A DNA stretch of 64,000 bases from Acidimicrobiales bacterium (GTDB lineage Bacteria; Actinomycetota; Acidimicrobiia; Acidimicrobiales; AC-14). A program made the position numbers and the translations under genes. Within the stretch, counting starts at the first letter, position 1; each line of letters starts with the position of its first letter. The DNA lies in the NCBI GenBank assembly GCA_036264885.1, contig DATAQC010000047.1, forward strand, positions 2,105 through 66,104, in the 5' to 3' direction. A model generated the notes under the pieces. That model searched no databases and had not been told where the DNA came from. It was given only the letters and a program-made list of their open reading frames with translations. Of the stretch, positions 8,519-15,743 are shown piece after piece.

Positions 8519-9628
8519 TCAGGCCCCGAAGACGGCGGCCAGCTCCTCGGGGACGGCCACGTCGAGCTGGGCATAGGTGCACGAGGCGGGCTGGCGGTCG
8601 GTCCGCCACCGCACGAACTGGGTGGCGTGGCGGAACCTGTCGCCCTGGAGATGGTCGAAGGCGACCTCGGCCACCAGCTCCGGTCGCAGTGGCTCCCAGG
8701 TGAGATCGCGCGTGGCGTTCCAGCGGCTGGCCCCGCCCGGCATGCGGCCCGCCCCGGTTCCTGGCTCGGTCCCGGGCACGGTCCCCGGCCCGGTGCCGGC
8801 GTGCTGAGCCGTCGCCCACGAGGCCCAGGGATGCCCGTCCAGGGCCCCGTCGCGCAGGGGGGTGAGCACGTCGACCAGCTCCTTGCGCCGAGCCATGGTG
8901 AACGAGGCGGCCACACCCACGTGGTGCAGGACCCCGGCATCGTCGAACAGGCCGAGCAGGAGCGAACCGATGACGCCGCCGCTCTTGTGCCAGCGGAACC
9001 CGGCCACGACACAGTCGGCGGTGCGCTGGTGCTTGACCTTGAGCATCACCCGCTCGTTCTCCTTGTAGGCCACGTCGACCCGTTTGGCCACCACGCCGTC
9101 CAGGCCGGCGCCCTCGAAGCGGTGGAACCACTGGGCGGCCAGGGTCGAGTCGTCGGTGGCCGGCGTGAGGTGCACCGGGGGCCGGGCATCGGAGAGGGCC
9201 TGCACCAGCAGGGCCCGGCGTTCGCCGAAGGGACGGCCCCGGAGGTCGTCGTCGCCCAGGGCCAGGAGGTCGAAGGCGACGAACGAGGCCGGGGTCTGGG
9301 TGGCGAGGAGCCGGATCCGGGTCTCGGCGGGATGGATGCGCTGAAGCAGGGCCTCGAAGTCGAGGCCGTGGTCGGAGGCGATGACGATCTCACCGTCGAG
9401 CACGCAGCGCCCGGGGAGAACGGTGCGCAGCGGGTCGGCCAACTCCGGGAAATACCGGGTCAGCGGGCGCTCGTTGCGACTGCCCAGCTCCAGCTCGTCA
9501 CCGTCACGGAACACGATGGCCCGGAAGCCGTCCCACTTCGGTTCGTAGACCAGGTCGTCACCCTCGGGCAGGTCCCGCGCGAGCTTGGCCAGCATGGGCT
9601 TCACAGGAGGCATCACCGGCAACTGCAT
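8519..9628 (-). CDS. ligC: ATP-dependent DNA ligase (LigC-type)
   Basis: 369 aa. Adenylation motif I YEPKWDGFR. Its size and lack of extra domains fit LigC. The stop lies 9 nt from the rsbW-like start. Confidence 0.85.
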   Translation of the reverse strand: MQLPVMPPVKPMLAKLARDLPEGDDLVYEPKWDGFRAIVFRDGDELELGSRNERPLTRYFPELADPLRTVLPGRCVLDGEIVIASDHGLDFEALLQRIHPAETRIRLLATQTPASFVAFDLLALGDDDLRGRPFGERRALLVQALSDARPPVHLTPATDDSTLAAQWFHRFEGAGLDGVVAKRVDVAYKENERVMLKVKHQRTADCVVAGFRWHKSGGVIGSLLLGLFDDAGVLHHVGVAASFTMARRKELVDVLTPLRDGALDGHPWASWATAQHAGTGPGTVPGTEPGTGAGRMPGGASRWNATRDLTWEPLRPELVAEVAFDHLQGDRFRHATQFVRWRTDRQPASCTYAQLDVAVPEELAAVFGA

Positions 9629-9672
9629 GCGCCGAGCGTAGGTCCACGGGAGGCCGGGTAGGTTCGGGCGCC

Positions 9673-12381
9673 ATGCAACCCGCCGAACGCCCGCGGGCCG
9701 CGGAGACCGCTCCGCGCGCCACCTACCGGCTGCAGCTGCATGCCGGTTTCGGCTTCGACGACGCGGCCGCCATCGCCGGCTACCTGGCCGACCTGGGCGT
9801 CAGCCACGTCTACTGCTCCCCCTATCTCCAGGCGGCGGCAGGAAGCGCCCACGGCTACGACGTGGTCGATCACCGCAGGCTCAACGCTGAGCTCGGTGGG
9901 CCCGAGGCCTTCGGGCGCATGACCCAGGCCCTCGCCGCCCACGGCCTGTCCCAGGTGGTCGACATCGTGCCCAACCACATGGCGGCGGTGGGACGGGAGA
10001 ACCCGTGGTGGTGGGACGTGCTCGAGAACGGACCGTCCAGCCGCTGGGCCGACGCGTTCGACATCGACTGGGGCAGTGCTGCCGAGGTGACCGCCAACCG
10101 CGTGCTGCTGCCCATCCTCGGCGACCACTACGGGCGCCTGCTCGAGGCCGGTGACATCCGCCTCGTTCGGGACGGGTCGGCGTTCGAGGTCCGCTACTTC
10201 GAACACGCCGTCCCCGTCTCACCTCGAACCCTCGACGTGGTGCTCACCCGGGCGGCGGCCCGGTGCGGGTCAGACGAGCTGGCCACCCTCGCCTCCGCCC
10301 TCGGTCGCCTCCCGCCGGCGACGGCCACCGACCGCCACAGCGTGCGGGAGCGCCACCGCGACAAGTTCGTGCTGGGCCGCCTGCTCGGCCGGCTCCTGGA
10401 GGAGCAGCCCCAGGTGGCTGCGGCCGTCGACGACGCGGTGGCGTCCACCAACGCCGACCCCGACGCCCTCGACGCCCTCATCGCCCGGCAGAACTACCGC
10501 CTGGCCCACTGGCGCGTCGCCTCCGAGGAGCTCGATTACCGGCGGTTCTTCGACATCTCCACCCTGGTGGGCCTGCGGATGGAGCTGGCGCACGTGTTCG
10601 ACGAGACCCACGAGCTCATCCTGGGCCTGGTCGACAGCGGCGCCGTCACCGGGCTGCGGGTCGACCACCCCGACGGCCTGCGAGACCCCGAGGGCTACCT
10701 GTGCCGGCTGTTCGAGGCCACCGCGGGGGCCTGGATCGTGGTGGAGAAGATCCTCGAACCAGGAGAGGAGCTCCCGCCCACATGGCCGGTGGCGGGCACC
10801 ACGGGATACGACTTCCTCAACCTGGTCGGGGGCATCTTCGTGGACCCAGGCGGCGAGAAGCCCCTCACCGAGTTGCACAGCCGCTTCACCGGCGCTCCTG
10901 ATGACTATGCCGAGGTGGTGCGAGAGAAGAAGCACCTGGTGATGCATGAGACGCTGGCCGCCGACGTGCGACGGATCGTCGACCTGGCGGTGGTGGTCTG
11001 TGACCGCCACCGGCGGTTCCGTGACTACACCCGGCCCGAGCTGGAGGCGGGCATCACCGAGCTGGTGGCGTGCTTCCCGGTCTACCGGACCTACTTCCGG
11101 CCCGGTCAGCCGCCGAGCGACGTCGACGTGGCCCGGGTGGGCGGGGCGGTCGCCGAGGCCCGCTCGCGCCGGCCCGACCTCGACCCGGACCTGTTCGGCC
11201 TCCTGAACGACGTGTTGACCCTCGGCGTGCCCGGTCCGGCCGAGGAGGAACTGGCCGTGCGGTTCCAGCAGCTGACCGCGCCGGTGATGGCCAAGGGCGC
11301 GGAGGACACCGCGTTCTACTGTTGGCGACGATTGGTCTCGCTCAACGAGGTGGGAGGCGACCCCGGCTGTTTCGGCACCGGCGTGGAGGAGTTCCACCGG
11401 TGGAACAGCCGCGCCGCGACCGACTACCCGTCCACCATGCTGGCGCTGTCGACCCACGACACCAAGCGCAGCGCCGACGTGCGGGCCCGGATCAGCTTGC
11501 TGTCGGAGATCCCCGATCAGTGGGCGCTGGCCGTGCGCCGGTGGTCGGCCATGAACGAGGCCCACAAGGTCGACGGCCTGCCCGACCGGGGCGCCGAGTA
11601 CCTCCTCTACCAGACGCTGGTGGGAGCCTGGCCGCTGTCGACCGAGCGAGCCGTCGCCTACATGGACAAAGCGGCGCGGGAGGCCAAGGAGCACACGTCG
11701 TGGACCCGTCCGGACCCGGTCTACGACCAGGCTCTGCGTACCTTCGTGGAGGCGGTCATGGCCGACCCCGGGTTCAGCGCCGATGTGGCGGCATTCGTCG
11801 CCCATCTGGTACGACCCGGGCGGGTGACCTCGCTGGCCCAGGTCCTGGTGGCCATGACGGCGCCGGGCGTGCCCGACCTCTACCAGGGCTCGGAGCTGTG
11901 GGAGCTGAGCCTCGTCGACCCCGATAACCGTCGTCCCGTCGACTACGACGCTCGTCGCCGGGCGCTCGACCAGGTCTGGTCGGCCGGGCCCACCGACGTG
12001 TGGCCGCCCGACCCCGCCTGTGACGGGACGGCCAAGCTGTGGCTCATCCACCGGGCGCTGTCGGTGCGCCGGGAGCGGGTGGCAGCGTTCGCCCCCGGGT
12101 CGTCCTACGACGCCTTGGAGGTGAGCGGCGACAAGGCCGACCACGCAGTGGCGTACTGCCGCGAGGCACAGGTGGCCGTTGTCGTGCCCCGGCTGGTGAT
12201 GGGGCTGGGCTGGGGTTCGCCCCTGGGCGGGGAGGCCACCCCCCCGTGGGGCGACACGACCGTGACCCTTCCGCCGGGGCGTTGGACCGACGCCCTGGGC
12301 GGCGCCGTGGTGGAAGGAGGCGAGGTCGGACTGGACGGCCTGCTGTCGCAGTTCCCCATGGCCCTGTTGGTAGCCGAATGA
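9673..12381 (+). CDS. treY: Malto-oligosyltrehalose synthase
   Basis: 902 aa. N-terminus TYRLQLHAGFGFDDAA.IA.YLADLGVSHVYCSPYLQA..GS.HGYDVVDH. Confidence 0.9.
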   Translation: MQPAERPRAAETAPRATYRLQLHAGFGFDDAAAIAGYLADLGVSHVYCSPYLQAAAGSAHGYDVVDHRRLNAELGGPEAFGRMTQALAAHGLSQVVDIVPNHMAAVGRENPWWWDVLENGPSSRWADAFDIDWGSAAEVTANRVLLPILGDHYGRLLEAGDIRLVRDGSAFEVRYFEHAVPVSPRTLDVVLTRAAARCGSDELATLASALGRLPPATATDRHSVRERHRDKFVLGRLLGRLLEEQPQVAAAVDDAVASTNADPDALDALIARQNYRLAHWRVASEELDYRRFFDISTLVGLRMELAHVFDETHELILGLVDSGAVTGLRVDHPDGLRDPEGYLCRLFEATAGAWIVVEKILEPGEELPPTWPVAGTTGYDFLNLVGGIFVDPGGEKPLTELHSRFTGAPDDYAEVVREKKHLVMHETLAADVRRIVDLAVVVCDRHRRFRDYTRPELEAGITELVACFPVYRTYFRPGQPPSDVDVARVGGAVAEARSRRPDLDPDLFGLLNDVLTLGVPGPAEEELAVRFQQLTAPVMAKGAEDTAFYCWRRLVSLNEVGGDPGCFGTGVEEFHRWNSRAATDYPSTMLALSTHDTKRSADVRARISLLSEIPDQWALAVRRWSAMNEAHKVDGLPDRGAEYLLYQTLVGAWPLSTERAVAYMDKAAREAKEHTSWTRPDPVYDQALRTFVEAVMADPGFSADVAAFVAHLVRPGRVTSLAQVLVAMTAPGVPDLYQGSELWELSLVDPDNRRPVDYDARRRALDQVWSAGPTDVWPPDPACDGTAKLWLIHRALSVRRERVAAFAPGSSYDALEVSGDKADHAVAYCREAQVAVVVPRLVMGLGWGSPLGGEATPPWGDTTVTLPPGRWTDALGGAVVEGGEVGLDGLLSQFPMALLVAE

Positions 12382-14066
12382 CGGGGATGCTCGAGGTGTG
12401 GGCCCCGAAGGCCCAGGCCGTCGATGTGGTGGTGGGCGAGGGCCGGACGGCCATGAACGGTCCCGACGAACGGGGCTGGTACCGCACCGCCGCCGTCGCC
12501 GAGATCGACACCGGCGCCGACTACGCCTTCTCTCTCGACGGAGGCCCACCCCTGCCCGACCCCCGCTCGCCGTGGCAGCCCCACGGTGTCCACGGCCCGT
12601 CCCGCCGGGTCGACCACGGCGTCTTTGCGTGGACCGACGCCGCCTGGGCGGCACCCGAGCTGGCCGACGTGGTGGTGTACGAGCTGCACGTGGGCACCTT
12701 CTCGCCCGAGGGCACGTTCGACGGGGCCATCGCCCACCTCGACCACCTGGTCGCCCTGGGGATCACCGCCGTCGAGGTCATGCCCGTGGCCGAGTTCCCA
12801 GGCCGTCGAGGGTGGGGCTACGACGGTGTGCACCTGTGGGCGCCCCACTCCGCCTACGGGGGCCCCGACGGGTTCAAGCGTCTCGTCGACGCCTGCCACG
12901 CCCGCGACCTGGCCGTCGTCCTCGACGTGGTCTACAACCACCTGGGGCCGGACGGGAACTACCTGCCGCAGTTCGGCCCCTATTTCACCGACCGCTACTC
13001 GACGCCCTGGGGCGAGGCGGTCAACTTCGACGGCCCCGACAGTGACGACGTGCGCGACTTCGTCGTCGACAACGCCTGCATGTGGGTCCGCGACTACCAC
13101 GTGGACGGCCTCCGCCTCGACGCCGTGCACGCCATCGTCGACACCTCGGCCGTCCACGTGGTGGAGGAGGTCGCCGACGCCGTGCACCGGTTGGCCGCCG
13201 ACCTCGGGCGGCGGGCATGGGTGGTGGCCGAGAGCGACCTCAACGATCCCCGGGTCGTACGCGGACCCGAGCTCGGGGGCTGGGGATGTGACGCGCAGTG
13301 GAGCGACGACTTCCACCACGCCCTCCACGCCCTGCTCACCCGTGAGCGCACCGGCTACTACGCCGACTTCGGCTCGTTGGCCCAGCTAGCCAAGGCCCTG
13401 CGGCAGGCCTACGTCTACGATGGCTGCCGCTCGCAGCACCGCCGGCGCCGCCACGGCCGCCCGCCTACCGGGCTGGCGGCGACGAGGTTCTTCGGGTTCG
13501 CCCAGAACCACGACCAGGTGGGCAACCGGGCCACCGGCGAGCGCTCGGCCGCCCTCATGGGAACGGGCCGCCTCAAGATCGCCGCCGCCCTGGTGCTGTG
13601 CTCCCCGTTCGTGCCCATGTTGTTCCAGGGCGAGGAGTGGGGCGCGTCCACACCGTTCCAGTACTTCACCGACCATGGGAACGCCGACCTGGGCCGGGCC
13701 GTCAGCGAGGGCCGGCGCCGGGAGTTCGCCGCGTTCGGATGGGACCCCGACGACGTCCCCGATCCCCAGGACCCCGAGACGTTCCGTCGGTCCCGTCTGG
13801 ACTGGGACGAGCTCGGCCGCCCCCCGCACGACGAGGTGCTGGCCTGGCATCGGGAGCTGCTCGGTCTGCGGCGGGAGGTCCCGGCTCTGGCAGGGACCGA
13901 GGTAGGCGCCCCCGAGGTCCGCTTCGACGAGGCCGCCGGCTGGCTGGTGTTGCAGCGGGGGCCGCTGTCGGTGGTGTGCAACCTGAGCGACGCCGAGCGG
14001 CGGGTGCCCCTGGACGGCGGGGGCGAAGCCGTGGTGGCCCCCGAGAGCGTGCTGATCGTCGGCTGA
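12378..14066 (+). CDS. treZ: Malto-oligosyltrehalose trehalohydrolase
   Basis: GH13 motifs are present: GYDGV, VVLDVVYNHLGP, GLRLDAVHA and FAQNHDQVGNR. The start ATG overlaps the treY stop (ATGA at 12378-12381). I trimmed it from track ORF 12039..14066. Confidence 0.9.
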   Translation: MTGMLEVWAPKAQAVDVVVGEGRTAMNGPDERGWYRTAAVAEIDTGADYAFSLDGGPPLPDPRSPWQPHGVHGPSRRVDHGVFAWTDAAWAAPELADVVVYELHVGTFSPEGTFDGAIAHLDHLVALGITAVEVMPVAEFPGRRGWGYDGVHLWAPHSAYGGPDGFKRLVDACHARDLAVVLDVVYNHLGPDGNYLPQFGPYFTDRYSTPWGEAVNFDGPDSDDVRDFVVDNACMWVRDYHVDGLRLDAVHAIVDTSAVHVVEEVADAVHRLAADLGRRAWVVAESDLNDPRVVRGPELGGWGCDAQWSDDFHHALHALLTRERTGYYADFGSLAQLAKALRQAYVYDGCRSQHRRRRHGRPPTGLAATRFFGFAQNHDQVGNRATGERSAALMGTGRLKIAAALVLCSPFVPMLFQGEEWGASTPFQYFTDHGNADLGRAVSEGRRREFAAFGWDPDDVPDPQDPETFRRSRLDWDELGRPPHDEVLAWHRELLGLRREVPALAGTEVGAPEVRFDEAAGWLVLQRGPLSVVCNLSDAERRVPLDGGGEAVVAPESVLIVG

Positions 14067-14070
14067 CGCC

Positions 14071-14117
14071 TTCTCTTCGCGATTTCCAACACCCAAGGTT
14101 GAAAATCGCGAAAAGAA
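14071..14117. repeat. 47-bp palindromic element, copy 1 (20-nt arms, 7-nt loop)
   Basis: TTCTCTTCGCGATTTCCAAC-ACCCAAG-GTTGAAAATCGCGAAAAGAA. It is AT-rich relative to the surrounding DNA and lies between convergent treZ and the PHP gene. A near-identical copy lies at 48435-48481. Confidence 0.8.
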
Positions 14118-14121
14118 CGGT

Positions 14122-15183
14122 TCAGTGACCGGCCGCCCAGGCCACCAGGTCGTCGGCCGAACGGGTGTTGACCACCGATTCGAGGGGGACGTCGGCCTCG
14201 GCGGCGCGCACGCAGCCGTTGGTGAGCCATTCGAGTTGGCCGGGAGCGTGGGCGTCGGTGTCGATCGACACCGTGCAGCCGGCGGCCACGGCCTGGCGCA
14301 ACAGGCGCATCGGGGGGTCGAGGCGCTCGGGCCGGGAGTTGATCTCGACGGCGGTGCCGGTGGCCAGGCAGGCGGCGAACACCGCCTCGGCGTCGAAGCT
14401 GGACTCGGGACGCCCCGCTCCTCGGCCCCGACCCCGTCCGGCGGTGTTGTCGGGCCCCGATGGCAGCAGCCGCCCGGTGCAGTGGCCCAGAATGTCGACG
14501 TGGGGACTCTGGACGGCAGCCACCATGCGTCTGGTCATCTCCGGCGCCTCCATGCGCAGCTTGGAGTGCACGCTGGCCACCACCACGTCGAGGCGGGCGA
14601 GCAATTCCTCCTCCTGGTCGAGGGCACCGTCGAGGAGGATGTCGACCTCGATGCCAGTGAGGATCCGGAACGGGGAAAGTTCGTCGTTGAGGGCGGCGAC
14701 CACCTCCAGTTGCCGGCGGAGGCGATCGGGGGACAGGCCGTGGGCGATGGTGAGCCGGGGGGAGTGGTCGGTGAGCACCACGTAGTCGTGACCCAGGTCG
14801 CGGGCGGCCAGGGCCATCTCTTCGATGGGGCTGCCCCCGTCCGACCAGTCGGAGTGGGTGTGGCAGTCGCCGCGCAGGGCGCCTCGGAACTCGGCCGCTC
14901 TCCCCGTGGGGGCGGCAGCGGCGGCCGGAGCGACGTCTTCTTCCAACCGGGCCAGGTAGTCGGGGACCCCGCCGGCCAGCGCCTGGGTCACCACCTCGGC
15001 GGTCTTCTCACCCACGCCCTTGAGATCGCGCAGGCGGCCCTGGTCGGCCCGGCGCCGCAGCTCGTCGGGTTCGAGGGCCGACAGGGCCGTCACCGCCGTC
15101 CGGAAGGCCCGCACCCGGTAGGTGGGCGCGCCCGACCGCTCCAGCAGGTAGGCGATGCGCTCCAGAGCCTGGACAGGGTCCAC
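14122..15183 (-). CDS. PHP-domain phosphoesterase with N-terminal helix-hairpin-helix (PolX-like, no polymerase core)
   Basis: N-terminal HhH segment LKGVGEKTAE. PHP motifs are CHTHSDWSDG and VLTDHS. Confidence 0.75.
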   Translation of the reverse strand: MDPVQALERIAYLLERSGAPTYRVRAFRTAVTALSALEPDELRRRADQGRLRDLKGVGEKTAEVVTQALAGGVPDYLARLEEDVAPAAAAAPTGRAAEFRGALRGDCHTHSDWSDGGSPIEEMALAARDLGHDYVVLTDHSPRLTIAHGLSPDRLRRQLEVVAALNDELSPFRILTGIEVDILLDGALDQEEELLARLDVVVASVHSKLRMEAPEMTRRMVAAVQSPHVDILGHCTGRLLPSGPDNTAGRGRGRGAGRPESSFDAEAVFAACLATGTAVEINSRPERLDPPMRLLRQAVAAGCTVSIDTDAHAPGQLEWLTNGCVRAAEADVPLESVVNTRSADDLVAWAAGH

Positions 15184-15223
15184 GGACCGGGCAGCGTACC
15201 GTCACTGCCCGTGAGCCGGGGCC

Positions 15224-15727
15224 TTGCGAACTGAGATGCCCCACGTCGTCGTGCTGGCCGACACCCACATCCGCCGGGGTTCGACCCGTCGCCTCTCCGA
15301 CGCCGTCTACGCCCACCTGGAGCGGGCCGACTTCATCCTGCACGCGGGCGACGTGGTGGTGGCCGACGTGCTCGACGAGCTGAAGGGATTCGCTCCCGTG
15401 CGCACCGTGCTCGGCAACAACGACGTCGAGCTGGTGGGGCTGCTCCCCGAGACCCGCGTGTTCGACGTGGACGGCGTGCGCATCGGAATGATCCACGACA
15501 GTGGCGCGTCGACGGGACGAGCGGGTCGGCTTCGCCGCCGCTTTCCCGACGCCGACGTGGTGGTCTTCGGCCACAGCCACATCCCGTGGGACACCGAGGG
15601 AGTGGATGGCCAGGTCCTGTTCAACCCGGGCTCGCCCACCGAGCGTCGTGCTCAGCCCCACAAGACCCTGGGCACCCTCGACATCGAAGACGGCCGGGTG
15701 GTCGACCGTCGCATCCACCGGGTCTGA
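15224..15727 (+). CDS. YfcE/MJ0936-family metallophosphoesterase
   Basis: 167 aa. Contains VLADTH, HAGD, GNND and FGHSH motifs. Confidence 0.8.
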   Translation: MRTEMPHVVVLADTHIRRGSTRRLSDAVYAHLERADFILHAGDVVVADVLDELKGFAPVRTVLGNNDVELVGLLPETRVFDVDGVRIGMIHDSGASTGRAGRLRRRFPDADVVVFGHSHIPWDTEGVDGQVLFNPGSPTERRAQPHKTLGTLDIEDGRVVDRRIHRV

Positions 15728-15743
15728 CCGCGGACCAGGTGTA

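Noticed and set aside
10270-12654. 794-aa ORF on the minus strand
   Set aside because: It is antisense to treY and treZ, which have unmistakable GH13-family motifs. Its translation is Arg/Gly/Pro/His-rich low complexity, typical of shadow ORFs in high-GC DNA.
14071-14117. Palindromic elements as canonical bidirectional intrinsic terminators
   Set aside because: On either strand the T-rich run lies 5-prime of the stem and the A-rich run 3-prime, the reverse of the stem-then-U-tract layout. A tail-less terminator role is not excluded, but I did not call it.
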